Source: Octopus sinensis (Eukaryota). Taken from it: 64,000 bases of DNA. Each line of letters begins with the position of its first letter. Position 1 is the stretch's first letter. The DNA is taken from the NCBI RefSeq assembly GCF_006345805.1, contig NC_042998.1:7006001-7070000 (forward strand), given 5' to 3'. Shown piece after piece: positions 36,637-49,800 of this stretch. Position numbers and translations under genes: made by a program. The notes below the pieces were generated by a model that ran no database searches, was not told the DNA's origin, and saw only the letters and a list, made by a program, of their open reading frames with translations.

Positions 36637-36954
36637 TATATGTAAAAAAATACAAACTGGGACAAGAACGCAAAACATTTAGAAGATGATACAAAAAACA
36701 CGGACGGGTCATTCGAAGCCTTCAATCTTCAGTCAAGAACCGGATCATCCTCGCAACTTCGGCTGATTAATCTTGAGATTGCTCCGACCTGGCCAGCCCC
36801 AAAGGGGAGCAGTCTCAAGATTAATCAGCCGAAATTGCGAGGATGATCCGGTTCTTGACTGAAGATTGAAGGCTTCGAATGTCCCGTCCGTGGTTTTTGT
36901 ATCGTCTTCTAAATGTTTTGCGTTCTTGTCCCAGTTTGTATTTTTCTACATATA
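36637..36954. mobile_element. ~149-bp-arm hairpin element (family F6), probable inverted PLE terminal repeat
   Basis: Arms 36637-36785 and 36806-36954 are near-perfect inverted repeats with a 20-nt spacer and TA-rich flanks. A single-arm copy is at 60920-61045. Confidence 0.75.
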
Positions 36955-36966
36955 ATAATATATATG

Positions 36967-37001
<35 letters not shown>

Positions 37002-37022
37002 GTGTGTGTGTGTGTGTATATA

Positions 37023-37871
37023 CAGGGTGCAGTGAATAAATTGTTGTCTAAATTATGCTGAAAGGAATATAACATGGACAACACATTTTAACAGATATCT
37101 TCGCCAAAATTACACAGAAATATCTTGAAATACTAAAGAGTAAATTTATTCAATAAAATTGCCATTGTCTTCAACCACGGCCTCCAGACGACTTCAGAAT
37201 CTCCTGCAACTCTTCTGAACGGTCTCCTTGTTTAAGTTGGTGAATGCTGCCATAATCCTTTCCTCTCACTCAACTACACCCCACACATAATAATCAAGGG
37301 GGTTGCAGTCTGGGGAGTTAAGTGGCCAGCTGTTAGGGGTGATGTGGTCGCAGAAATTGTCTGACAGCCATGACTGGGTTCTCCTGCTTGTGTGGCAGAT
37401 GCAGAGTTCTGTTGCGAGACATAGAATCTTCCGGCAGCCTATATCTTCACCCAGGCCAGCACTACCTCTTCCAGGCACTTGATGTAGGCCTCAATATTGA
37501 GTTTGAAGCTGTGTGAGAAGGTGAATGGAGGTAATATGTTGCCATCACTAGTGATCACTCCAAACACCATGATGTTGACTGGATGTTTGATTTTTATCAC
37601 TCTTGATACATGTCCTCAGATTGCACTGTCCTTTGATTGACACCCAAATACTCTGAAATGTTCATATTGGAGCTTCTGGCATGAATGCCAAGCAGTACAG
37701 CATGTCGTTTCCAAATTTCTGGCATAGTGAATTGCGTCATGGCACTGTTTTTCTCACAGACGGTGCCCAACTCACCCTACTATACTGTGCAGTTGACAAA
37801 ATCAAAAACAAACAATGCGCATGTGCAAAATTAAAAATATAAATTGGTGACAGTTTACCCATCATACCCTG
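37023..37871 (-). mobile_element. Internally deleted Tc1/mariner (maT/DD37D-like) DNA transposon
   Basis: Ends are TA|CAGGGT..ACCCTG|TA with imperfect TIRs. Minus-strand remnants: an ATG at 37740, IMVFGVITSDG, AYIKCLEEVVL, CHTSRRTQSWL and WPLNSPDCNPLDYYVWG. Confidence 0.9.
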
Positions 37872-37929
37872 TATATGCGAATGTGTGTGTGTGAGCGCAT
37901 GCGTGAGTGCGTGTGTGTGTGTGCATGCA

Positions 37930-38432
37930 TACTCTTTTACTCTTTACTCTTTTACTCTTTACTCTTTACTCTTTTACTCTTTACTCTTTTACTCTTTACT
38001 CTTTTACTCTTTTACTTGTTTCAGTCATTTGACTGCGGCCATCCTGGAGCACCGCCTTTAGTCGAGCAAATCGACCCCGGGACTTATTCTTTGTAAGCCC
38101 AGTACTTATTCTATCGGTCTTTTTTGCCGAACCGCTAAGTGACGGGGACGTAAACACACCAGCATTGGTTGTCAAGCAATGCTAGGGGGACAGACACAGA
38201 CACACAAACACACACATACATAATATATATATATATATATATAATATATATATATATAATAGGCGCAGGAGTGGCTGTGTGGTAAGTAGCTTGCTAACCA
38301 ACCACACGGTTGCGGGTTCAGTCCCACTGCGTGGCATCTTGGGCAAGTGTCTTCTGCTATAGCCCCGGGCCGACCAATGCCTTGTGAGTGGATTTGGTAG
38401 ACGGAAACTGAAAGAAGCCTGTCGTATATATG

Positions 38433-38463
<31 letters not shown>

Positions 38464-38816
38464 CTGTGTTTGTCCCCCTAGCATTGTTTGACCACCGATG
38501 CTGGTGTGTTTAGGTCCCCGTCACTTAGCGGTTCGGCAAAAAGAGACCGATAGAATAAGTACTAAAGGTGGTGCTCCAGCATGGCCGCAGTCAAATGACT
38601 GAAACAAGTAAAAGAGTAAAAGAGAGAGTAAAGAGTATATATACATATATACGACGGGCTTCTTTCAGTTTACGTCTACCAAATCCACTCACAAGGCATT
38701 GGTCGGCCCAGAGCTATAGCAGAAGACACTTGCCCAAGATGCCACGCAGTGGGACTGAACCCGGAACCATGTGGTTGGTTAGCAAGCTACTTACCACACA
38801 GCCACTCCTGCACCTG
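37930..38816. mobile_element. Cluster of SINE-A pieces: 37930-38220 (-, expanded 8-bp tail), 38261-38636 (+), 38641-38816 (-)
   Basis: Each segment aligns to the SINE-A consensus seen elsewhere in the window. Confidence 0.85.
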
Positions 38817-39322
38817 CATGCATGCTTGGCTGTGAGGAAATATTACCTTACTTGGAGACAGATGAAGGTTGGCAACGAGAAGGGCATCTGGTTATAGAGT
38901 TTCTACCTCAATAAGCTCAGTCTGAACCTATGCGAGCATGGGAAAACGAACATCAAAATAATGATGATGATGATGATGATAGTTGCTTAAATGTTTTCCA
39001 GTGCACCCGCTGACATGCACTGATGTAAGGGCCAACTAACAGATGTTCCCTTGAAGCAACATTGTAGCAGCATTTCGTAAGATAAGAAAATTACTGTATG
39101 TCTGCTTGTTTGGATGCATTTCCATGCACATACATGCTTCTAGATGTCTGCATGCACATACACATAATTTGTGTATAGGCATGCATAAATATATATATAT
39201 ATTTATATATGCGTGTGTATGTATATGTGTGTGTATGTGGGTATGTATGCATGATGCAAATGAGAAAGAGAGAAATCATGGAAGATACGACTATATTTAG
39301 AATTTGAACTTTTAGAAAGTAA

Positions 39323-39538
39323 TCTTTTACTCTTTTACTCTTTTCAGTCATTTGACTGCGGCCATGCTGGAGCACCGCCTTTAGTCGAGCAAATCGACCC
39401 CAGGACTTATACTTTGTAAGCCCAGTACTTATTCTATCGGTCTCTCTTTTGCCGAACCGCTAAGTGACGGGGATGTAAACACACCAGCATCGGCTGTCAA
39501 GCAATGCTAGAGGGACAGACACAGACACACAAACACAC

Positions 39539-39571
<33 letters not shown>

Positions 39572-39743
39572 CATATACACGACAGGCTTCTTTCAGTTTC
39601 CGTCTACCAAATCCACTCACAAGGCTTTGGTCGGCCCGAGGCTATAGCAGAAGACACTTGCCCAAGATGCCACGCTGTGGGACTGAACCCGGAACCATGT
39701 GGTTGGTTAGCAAGCTACTTACCATACAGCCACTCCTGCGCCT
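39323..39743 (-). mobile_element. SINE-A full length
   Basis: Same diagnostics as the other SINE-A copies. Confidence 0.9.
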
Positions 39744-39868
39744 GTATAAATTTTTTATATATATGCAAGAAAATAATGCAGGTGAGATACCCTTGAAGTT
39801 GTGTCACTAACTCTCACTTCAGAGGTTCTTTGTTAATGATACACAAATTTGCCAGCAGTATGAAAACA

Positions 39869-40190
39869 TGTGGAGGTGCAATGGCCCAGTGGTTAGGGCA
39901 GCGGACTCGCAGTCAGAGAATCACGGTTTCGATTCCCAGACCGGGCGTTATGTGTGTTTATTGAGCAAAAACACCTAAAAGCTCCATGAGGCTCTGGCAG
40001 GAGGGGCTGGTGACCCCTGTTGTACCCTTTCACCCCAACTTTCTCTCACTCTTTCTTCCTGTTTCTTTAGTAACGCTGCAACGGACTGGCATCCTGTCCA
40101 GCTGGAGGGAACACATACACCACAGAAACCGAGAAACCGGGCCCATGAACCTGGCTAGGCTTGAAAAGGGTGCATAAATGAATAAATAAT
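39869..40190 (+). mobile_element. SINE-C-related copy
   Basis: Head as at 31176, 3' end as at 7966. Confidence 0.8.
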
Positions 40191-40308
40191 GAAAACACAG
40201 AATTTTTTGTGTTGATATCTATCATCAAATTAACAATCCAGTAAAATTTCACTTTATGCACAAGTATACATGCTTATGTGTGTTTGTCTGAGTATAAATG
40301 CATGCATG

Positions 40309-40342
<34 letters not shown>

Positions 40343-40391
40343 TGTATGTATGTATGTGTGTATGTATGTATATATGTATGTATGTCTGTAT

Positions 40392-40956
40392 ATGCCTTCC
40401 CATGTGTCAGGAGAGATGCAAGCATCTCTTAAGGAAGCCTTCAGCAAGTCCTTATGGAGAAGGACTGTGCATGAGGGGACAGCCACGTTTGAGAAATCTC
40501 GAGTTGCACATGAGAAAGTAAGGAGAGATGTAAGGAAGGGCATCGCTGTTACACTTCCAGAATGGAAGGGTCCTCCTTTGATTCTGACATGCAATGTCTG
40601 TGCAACACCCTGCCTCAATAAAGCTTCACTCATGAGTCATCTTCGTAGTCATAAAACGAGACAGATGAGTGACAACCTGGCCACTGGTGGTGGTGTAACA
40701 TACCATACTAATCATGTCTGTCGGGCATGTGGAAGAGAGTGTAATTCGGTAGGAGGACTTAAACGACATGCAAAGGTACATGAAGCCCAGTTACAACTAC
40801 AGCCGGCTATTGAGAGTAAAGATCTTAGTTGCCAATTTTGTACAAGACATTGTAGATCTGGGCTAAAAAATCACATTCGATCACAGCACCAGTAACAGTT
40901 AAGCTTCGTGCAATGGCCATACTCGATAACGAGGGGGTAGCCATAATAATAATAAT
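40392..40956 (+). mobile_element. 5'-truncated RTE/RTEX-type LINE 3' end with C2H2 zinc fingers, short 3' UTR and (ATA)n tail
   Basis: The frame reads ..FSKSLWRRTVHEG..F(E)..KVRR..RK then CNVC..SHLRSH, CRAC..GLKRHAKVH and CQFC..GLKNHIRSQH, with the stop at 40893-40895. It is followed by ggccatactcgataacgagggggtagcc-(ata)n and embedded in (TATG)n. Confidence 0.75.
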
Positions 40957-40965
40957 GTATGTATG

Positions 40966-40999
<34 letters not shown>

Positions 41000-41017
41000 T
41001 GTATGTATGTATGTATG

Positions 41018-41051
<34 letters not shown>

Positions 41052-41583
41052 TGTATGTATGTATGTATGTGTGCATGTATGTATGTACATGCTTGTGTGT
41101 GTACACATGCAATGAAAGAGTAAGAAGTTCATATCACAACTATGAAGTCTTAGAGCCAGTATCTTCTCTCATGAAACCGAGTTTGATCCAAGCATTGAAA
41201 GTCAAACTGGGCTGACAAGGAAACACATACTTTATCATTTATCTGTTATCTGTTTCAGTTTATGAATTGTAGCCAATGCTAGGACATCGCCTTGAATGGT
41301 TTACTTATGCAAATTACTTTCAAGCTTGATACATATTGTATTAGACTCTTTTTTACGAACCACTAAGCTACAGGGACATAAACTTACCAACACCAGTTAT
41401 CAGGCAGTTGTAGGGACATCCTCAAACATAAAGCCATACATACTCAAATGCAAACACAAACACACACATACAAGAATAAACATACACACACACACACATG
41501 CGTGCACATACACATGATGGGCTACTTTCAGTTTCCATCAAACAAACCCACTGACAAGACTTTGGTCATCCTGAGGCTATAGT

Positions 41584-41887
41584 TGTTTGTTCCTTCTCGA
41601 GCCATGCCTGGCTCATAAGGGCTGGTTTCCCGGTTTCCTTGGCGTATAGGTTCCCCCACTTGGATGGGATGCTGGTCCATCGCAGGTGAGCTGCAAGATG
41701 CAGGAGGAAAGAGTGAGAGAAACTTGTGGTGAAAGAGTCAACAGAAGTTCACCATTACCTTCTGCCGGAGCCGCGGGGAGCTTAGGTGTTTCGCTCATAA
41801 ACACACACATCACCCGGTCTGAGATTCGAACCAACAATCCCTCGACCACGAGTCTGCTGCTCTAACCACTAGGCCATGTGCCTCCAC
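41584..41887 (-). mobile_element. SINE-C-related copy nested in a SINE-A
   Basis: Head on the minus strand (gtggaggcacatggcctagtggttagagc). SINE-A ..gaggctatagt resumes on both sides. Confidence 0.75.
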
Positions 41888-42870
41888 TGAGGCTATAGTA
41901 GAAGACACTTGTCCATTGTGCCTGTAGATGGGAAGCAAGCTTCTTTCCACACAGCCACGCCTTCTCCTGCAAGTGGAAGTCTGCCAAAGAGAGTGTGCTT
42001 GTAACTCCAAATGCCAGCCTTGTAACACACAAAGCCACGCTGGATCTGTCTGAGATTTATAAGTGCCTCTGGGATGCCAAGACAATTCATTCCTATTATA
42101 CAATCAGTAGATAGTTCCATGCATTTGTGAAGATGCATAGCTCAGTGGTCAGAGTTCAATTCCTGGACTGGGCTGTGTGTTGTGTTCTTGAGCAAGACAC
42201 TTTATATCACATTGCTCCAGTTCAAACAGCTGTAAAAATGAGTTGCGATGTCACTGGTGCCAAGCTGTCTCGGCCCCTTTGCCTTTCCCTTGGAAAACAT
42301 CAGCAGTATGGAGAGGGAAGCTGGTATGCATGGGTGACTGCTGGTCTTCCATACAATCACCTTGCACAGACTTGTGCCTCAGAGGGTAACTTTCATATAA
42401 GGTAAATGAATCTTTCTGTAGGAACGCTAAGTCATATTCACTTAGTGAATTTACATGTGCAAGGATGAATTATGGTGTTGTCATTGGTGTTAGATGCAGT
42501 AAAATATGGCCCAGACCATGATTACCAGCATGAATGTCAAACTTCAAAAACTAGTTAGCCATTAAATGGTTTTAGTAAATTTATACAGAAAAAGTAAGCT
42601 TTATACTGTGCTGCATAAATAAAAGTCAACTTCATTAAATTTTTTTCTGTAAAAACCTATTCTGACATGAAATGAGTCAACTTCTGGTACGAATGTTTAC
42701 ATTTGTTCGTCATTTTACAACAAAAAAATTTCTGAAAAAATTCTGGAAATGATCCACTCATGTAATTTAGACACTCCCTAAAGTTTATTTCTGTTTTTTG
42801 TAGAAAAAAAGTGTGTAAATTATATTAATCTTTATGGTTAGTTATTTGTTAAACATAACTAGTCCAGCAA

Positions 42871-43106
42871 CCTATTTCTCTACTACCCACAAGGGGCTAA
42901 ACATAGAGGGGACAAACAAGGACAGACAAAGGTATTAAGTCGATTACATCGACCTCAGTGGGTAACTGGTACTTAATTTATTGACCCCGAAAGGATGAAA
43001 GGCAAAGTCGACCTCGGCGAAATTTGAACTCACAACGTAGCGGCAGACGAAATACGGCTATACATTTCGCCCGGCTTGCTATCGTTTCTTCCAGCTCGCC
43101 ACCTTA
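42871..43106 (-). mobile_element. SINE-B full length
   Basis: Reverse complement of the SINE-B consensus. Confidence 0.9.
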
Positions 43107-43510
43107 GTCCAGTAACCTTATGATACCACCTCATAGCATGGTTTGAGCATTACGCTTCGGTGGTATTTCAATTCATACTTTTGCGATACAGTTGTAAGAA
43201 TGACATACATAAAGTGAGAGGGAGAGGGGGGGGAGAAGAGAGAGAATTGAAGAGGATGATGTTTTACATAACATTTTCTTGCAAGCAAGCATGATAGTAA
43301 TGTTGTGTTGGAGTAATTGTTTTTTGTTTTTTTTTCAGTTGTTCCCAATTCTGTGAAATTGATATGTGTGTGTGTGTGTGTGTGTGTGTGAATGTAGAAC
43401 TGCCAGAGGGTTTATGGTGCAGTGGTAATTAGACTGAGATATCCATGAAATAGATGTGGATTAGGTATCCAACAGATTTTTCACTTTTCATTTGCTTTCA
43501 CATTTAGAAT

Positions 43511-43948
43511 TACTCTTTTACTCTTTTTACTCTTTTACTTGTTTCAGTCATTTGACTGCGGCCATGCTGGAGCACCGCCTTTAATCGAGCAATTCGACCC
43601 CGGGACTCATTCTTTTTGTAAGCCCAGTACTTATTCTATCGGTCTCTTTTGCCGAATTGCTAAGTGACGGGGACGTAAACACACCAGCATTGGTTGTCAA
43701 GCAATGCTAGGGTGACAAACACAGACAACAAGCACACACAAACACACACACACATACACACACATATATATATATACATATATACGACAGGCTTCTTTCA
43801 GTTTCCGTCTACCAAATCCACTGACAAGGCATTGGTCAGCCCGAGGCTATAGCAGAAGACACTTGCTCAAGATGCCACGCAGTGGGACTGAACCTGGAAC
43901 CATGTGGTTGGTTAGCAAGCTACTTACCGCACAGCCACTCCTGCACCT
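43511..43948 (-). mobile_element. SINE-A full length
   Basis: Same diagnostics as the other SINE-A copies. Confidence 0.9.
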
Positions 43949-44117
43949 ATTTAGTAAATTTATTCCAGTGATTATTTTTAAGTTTGGTATTTATTCTATG
44001 AGTCTCTTTTGCCAAATTGTAAACAAACTGATATTGGTGATCAAGTGGTTGTGAGGGACAATGACAAAGATACACATACAAAAACACAAACTCATACACA
44101 CACACACACACACACGT

Positions 44118-44131
44118 AGATAGATTGGTAA

Positions 44132-44228
<97 letters not shown>

Positions 44229-44297
44229 CAGGGAGATAGACAGACAGGTAGATAGAGAGATAGATAGGTGGGTAGACAGACAGATAGATAGATAGAA
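44118..44297. repeat. (TAGA)n microsatellite
   Basis: Read directly. Confidence 0.95.
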
Positions 44298-44699
44298 AGT
44301 GGGTTTCCACAAAGTTTCAAAGTTAATTCACTTAGAAGGCATTGGTTGTCTTGGGGCAATAGTAGAAGACACTTGGGACTGAACCTGAAACCATGTGGTG
44401 TAAGTTTGAAAAGAGACATCTTCAACCTACTACAAGAGAGCACCATTATGAGAAGAAAATATCTTACTTGTTGCTGGTTCTTGCAAAACAAGTAAAATTT
44501 AACAATGTTATCATTATATCCCATGTCTACATGTAAATAGCAGAGTTAAGCGAGTTTTTCAGCTGCATCTCTTGACAGAAGAGAGTAACAACTATCTGTT
44601 ATATTTTAGTGAGAAGACAATGTAATATCTGCCGCTAATAAATCAAGACCCAGCTTGGCAGTTCTACTAAAAACATGCATGAAGAGATTTAACCAAACA

Positions 44700-45230
44700 A
44701 CTTTAAATACTTTTGTTTGGAAAATCTGCTTTGGAAAATCTTCCTTACAAAATCTTACTTGGAAACAGTAAGTTCCCCAGAAATGCAAAATAAGACATAA
44801 GACACTAGAGTACATTCTAAAAATCATATGACAACGTCTCTGACTTCTCAACGGCAAGGTTATAGAAAGAATTATCGTGGAGAAACTGATTACAATTTAT
44901 ATGGGAGAATGACTTATTTATCTATACTCAGTATTGTTTCCATCCAGAGAGATGCTACCTTACAGAGCTTTTACCATTTTATGAATAAATATTAAAGCAG
45001 CTACTCTTTCAAAGAAACATAAATGTGATATATTTAGATTTTGCTAAGGACTTCTACGATTGTGATCATGGGATAATATACCATAAACCAGATGATACTA
45101 GCATAGAAAATAATGAGACCAGCTGGCATTATTCAATGATCTGATGTAGCTCCATTACTTTTTGCCATAGCACTCTCTCAGGATATATTTGTATTGCAGA
45201 ACAGCCATTTTGATAATTAGAACAGCTACG
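44700..45230 (+). mobile_element. Decayed CR1-like LINE, RT N-terminal part
   Basis: Frameshifted remnants TSLTS..KVIERII..KLI and VIYLDFAKDFYDCDHGIIYHK. Confidence 0.7.
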
Positions 45231-45258
45231 TAGGTGGTGGGTAGGCAGAATTGTTAAT

Positions 45259-45261
<3 letters not shown>

Positions 45262-45294
<33 letters not shown>

Positions 45295-45640
45295 GTTTAA
45301 CGTCTGCTTTCCATGCTAGCATGGGTTGGATGATTTGACTGAGGACTGGTGAGCCAGATGGCTGCACCAGACTCCAGTCTTGATCTGGCAGAGTTCCTAC
45401 AGCTGGATGCCCTTCCTAACGCCAACCACTCTCTCTAAGAGTGTAGTGGGTGCTTTTACGTGCCACCAGCATGAAGGTCCGTCAGGCGGTACTGGCAACG
45501 GCCACAAAAATCGTTTTCTTTTTTTTTATGTGTCACCTGCACACCAGCACAAGTGCCAGTAAGGTGACACTGGTAACGATCACGCTCGAATAGTGCTTTT
45601 TACATGCCACCGGCATGAACGCCAGTTAGCCGCTCTGGCG
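45262..45640 (-). mobile_element. RTE-tail fragment
   Basis: (CAT)n-cgtttaacgtctgctttccatgctagcatgggttgg.. Confidence 0.8.
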
Positions 45641-45866
45641 GATGCTGGACAAAATGCTTAGTGGCATTTCATCCATGTTTACATTTTGAGTTTCAGTTCT
45701 GCCAAGGATGGCTTTGCCTTTCATCGTTTCAGGGTTGATAAAATAAGCATCATTACATTAAGGTCGATGTAATTGACTTCCCCATTCGTCAAAACTGCTG
45801 GCTTTGTGTCAAAATAAGAAGGGATTATTAGAATAGCTATGATGACGGTATCAGAAAACCAGAAGT

Positions 45867-46100
45867 CAGTGAGCTGGCAGAAACGTTAGCATGCTGGGCG
45901 AAATGCTTAGCGGTATTTCGTCTGCCGTTACGTTCTGAGTTCAAATTCCGTCGAGGTCAACTTTGCCTTTCATCCTTTCGGCTTCGATAAATTAAGTACC
46001 AGTTACACATTGGGGTCGATATAATCGACTTAATCCGTCTGTCTGTCCTTGTTTGTCTCCTTTGTGTTTAGCCCCTTGTGGGTAGTAAAGAAATAGGTAT
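45867..46100 (+). mobile_element. SINE-B full length
   Basis: Same diagnostics as the other SINE-B copies. Confidence 0.9.
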
Positions 46101-46109
46101 CAGAAATTT

Positions 46110-46300
46110 AGTTAAGAGTCCAAATAATTAGCAGAACTTGAAGCTGGTTTTTCAGACTTTATACAAATGGACTGAAGAAAGCAACATGTGGTTTGTTGAT
46201 GAAAAGTTTGCAGCAAATCCTTGTCAGTTTTCAGACATATTACAGTCTGCATATATAAATACAGGAAAAATTACAAACTCCCCAAAATGTGCAATATCTG
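46110..46300 (+). mobile_element. CR1-like LINE continuation
   Basis: QTLYKWTEESNMWF..EKF resembles the W...N.M.FN..K motif after RT motif C. Confidence 0.55.
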
Positions 46301-46500
46301 GAAACTGTAATGAGCATGTGGTTAAGTGTTTAAGATAGGCTCACAAACATAGGGTCATAGGTTCAATTCCTAGACTTGATCATTGAACGATACATTTTAT
46401 TCCACAGTGCTTGACTCATCCTCAACTGAAGATGTGTACTAAAGACAATTGAGAAGGGTGAGTTGACCCTGCAATGGACTGCTGCTTCTCAGTCGCTTAA

Positions 46501-46721
46501 CCCTTTCGTTACAGTATTTATTTTGAGATGCTCTGTTGTTCTTTCAATTTCTTTAAATATAACAATCAATTTAGTAAAATAATTTAGTTATCATTAAGCT
46601 AGTGTTAGGAACATAAATTGTGACTAAGGTTTGGTGGAAGATTTTAATTCAAAACTTATGAAAACAAGACATTTGTACTACAGAGCCAGAGGTGGTTTCA
46701 GGCAGGTTGGTATCGAAAGGG
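46501..46721. mobile_element. piggyBac-like MITE (TTAA TSD)
   Basis: TTAA|CCCTTTCGTTAC..GTATCGAAAGGG|TTAA; same family as 4092-4313. Confidence 0.85.
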
Positions 46722-46759
46722 TTAAACACCACAAAAAATAAGTAAGTTTCAGTTTAACT

Positions 46760-47020
46760 GGCTCAAAAATAATGATGACTTGTTCCATATTCAAACAACT
46801 AAATTAGAAGCAAGAGGAAGAGGCAGACAACAGGCAGGATGCATCATAAGAGCAGATCAAACTAAAGAACAAGAAGTCATGCTGGCTTTTGAAAGATGCT
46901 TGTTCTTAATCATATTGAATATTGCTCACAAATATGCTCCGATTCTAATGTCAAGTTCATAACTGAATTACAAAGAACCTGCCAATTATTCATAAAAATG
47001 GTCGTTTCTATGGAACATAC
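46760..47020 (+). mobile_element. CR1-like LINE continuation (post-RT)
   Basis: QQAGCIIR..QTKEQEVML and NHIEYCSQICS..ELQRTCQLFIK (cf. LEYCSQLWSP..LE..QR.FTK). Confidence 0.65.
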
Positions 47021-47115
47021 ATACATACATACATACATATGTATGTATGTATTTGTGTGTGTTTTTTGTATTACATTATATATACATACATACATATATA
47101 TATGTATTTATATAT

Positions 47116-47157
<42 letters not shown>

Positions 47158-47795
47158 CATATATGTGTGTACATATGTATGTATATTTATACACACATAC
47201 ACATTATGTGCTTCTTTTAGTTCCTATCAAGGAGATCCACTCACAAGGCTTTAGTTGTCCCTGGGGCCAGAGCAGAAGACACTTGCTCAAGGTGATGCAT
47301 AATGGAACTGAACCCAGAACAGTGTGGTTGGGAAGCAAGCTTCTTACCACACAACCATATCTGGTAACAGGAGACAGAAACTCAAAACAGAAGTTGCAAA
47401 AATTGTAAATTCACAGAAGCAACCTGGAATTGGGAAATGAGAGCAAACAAAGACTTGTTGAAATTATTTACAATGGAAACAAGAAATTCATTAAAATATA
47501 ATGTAATGAGCATTCTTTAAAATATAATTGGCTAAAAAGGGATTATCATATTAATAGGAATATCTCTTGCAGCTACTGTAAAATTTATTCTATTTACATC
47601 AGTAAAAAATATATTCATTTACTCAGATAACTGAAAGCATAAACACATGCATTTATGTACCCACTTCCCTGCAGTCTCACCCTTGTTGCAGTCGTACCTG
47701 TTCACACTTATTTTCTTGACACAAATTTTTTTGTTTTGTATGTGAATCAATAGAGAAACATATTGATATATATATATATGTATATATATATATTG

Positions 47796-47835
<40 letters not shown>

Positions 47836-49414
47836 TGATATATATATATATATATTAACCAATGATAAATCTCAGAGCGAGTTATATATATACATGGGCA
47901 TAAATATACTGGCATAAATATTCAAGTTTATGCACTTACAGAAAAACATAAATAAATCTGTTGATTTTAAATAAAATATGTTCATACACATACAGAGCAT
48001 TGTATATGAATGTATATATAAAATATATAAGAATCTATTCATGCAAATGTGTATGTCTGTGCGTGTGAGTATATGAGTGTGTGAGTGTGGAAGTATATGA
48101 GAAAGCTACTTATGTTGATTTATATATGTCGCGGCATACATTTATGTATATATAAATGTATATATAAAAATAAGCATGTATATCTGTATAAATTTACTCT
48201 TATTACTTTTATGTGCACACATTTTATGATGCAACAGAAAAATATTGTAATATATGAATCAAGTTTCTTTGATTACATTTACCATTTTCATATTCTGAGA
48301 CGTGTTACCATTTTTATTAAATTTTCTACATCTGTAACTTTAACTTAATGAAAAACAACAGAACCACATCTCTTTCTGAAATTCATTTATTTATTTATTG
48401 ATTGATTATTGTTTTGTTTATTTAGTTAAAGTTGTTGGTTTATTTTTTTTATTTATTTTTTGGGGTTTTTTTTTGGCGGGTTTTTTTTTTTTTGAGAAAT
48501 GTTCTTTAATAAAGAAAGTTCTTTCCTTTTCTTTACCACATCAAGTTAGAAAACGACAGACTATGAAATTATTTATTTTCAACTTTCAAGGCAGAGTATT
48601 GGGTGGAGGACTACCGCATTTATTTGTAGCAAACACTCATGATATGATTTTAAGTTCATATATATTATATATATATGTGCACACAAGACAGATACAAATA
48701 CCATTGCAGACTCACATTTTCATACATATTCATATGGGCACATCTAACTTGACTGATTTTCCGACATGTATATATATTTTCATTGACATATTTTCATTAA
48801 AAAAAATTCCTCAACCTGCATATACTTGTACAAGTAAAACAAATACGGTTATTTCAGTTTTCATTATTGTTAACTATTTTTGTTATAAACGAAGAAAATT
48901 TCACTGAAGCATGCTTAAATATTTTATCTATTTCCTGCTTCGCTGCTATATATTAAGGCCAGGAGGATTTTTCTCTCTTATTCTTGACACTTCGTTATTG
49001 GATGTTCCAGGTTTGGCATATGTTTCGTATTATTCAAGCTAGAATGAAATATAAATTTAAATTATATTTTGTAAATAAGAAAATAGTTTTCTTTTGTTTT
49101 TTTTTTATTAATCTAAGGTAGCTTTTCCTTCCCAATCAAGAACAGGAATTAAGTATTGAATAATTATTTAACTGGAAATTAACAGATTTCTAAGTATCCT
49201 CTTCCATCATCATTTGCATACATGCACTCTCTCTCTTTTTCTCTCTCTCTCTCTCACTCTCTTTCTCTCTCTCTCACGCACATACACACATGCACAAACG
49301 GACAGAATATATTGTATATGTGTTTGTTTTATTCACATAGATGAATGAGTCATACACACACTTAATGATAATTAATTAATACATATACAGCAAACATAAT
49401 TATATACATTTTAA

Positions 49415-49800
49415 TCTCTCTATATATAAACGGCAGTTTGTCTGTGCGTGTTTCTGTGTGTCTGTTTGCTTGTACCCTCACCCCGACCACGGCTTTCAAC
49501 CGATTCTGATGAAACTTGACACACACATAGCCCAATGTCATAATTCAAAACTAACGCAGCCAAAATTTTGAAAAGTTTCCCCAGTTCTGAAAAAAATCGA
49601 TAAATTCGACATGGGGTCGAGAATTAGAAACACGAACCACAAACTGTCTAGGGGACGCAACTCCATCCTTTTTTAACTCTCAAAAAAAAATTTACCATCA
49701 TTTTTTCCCATTTTTTTGCTATTTTTTGGCTATAACTCTCTAAAAATGCTTTATAGTTATTTCCCTTACAAACCTGAGCAACACCGGGCGATACTGCTAG
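49415..49800 (+). mobile_element. Non-autonomous Helitron
   Basis: Inserted between A and T, with 5' TCTCTCTATATATAAA, internal ccgattctgatgaaactt, 3' hairpin cctgagcaacaccggg (49773-49788) and terminal CTAG. Confidence 0.8.

Noticed and set aside
39002-39076. 75-bp segment with good AG/GTAAG splice signals
   Set aside because: All three frames contain stops.
44610-44767. Candidate exon with TTTTAG/GTAAGT borders
   Set aside because: All frames contain stops near the start, and it overlaps the decayed CR1-like LINE.
48398-48907. 169-aa ORF
   Set aside because: It comes from T-rich low-complexity sequence with Phe/Ile/Leu bias and no motifs.
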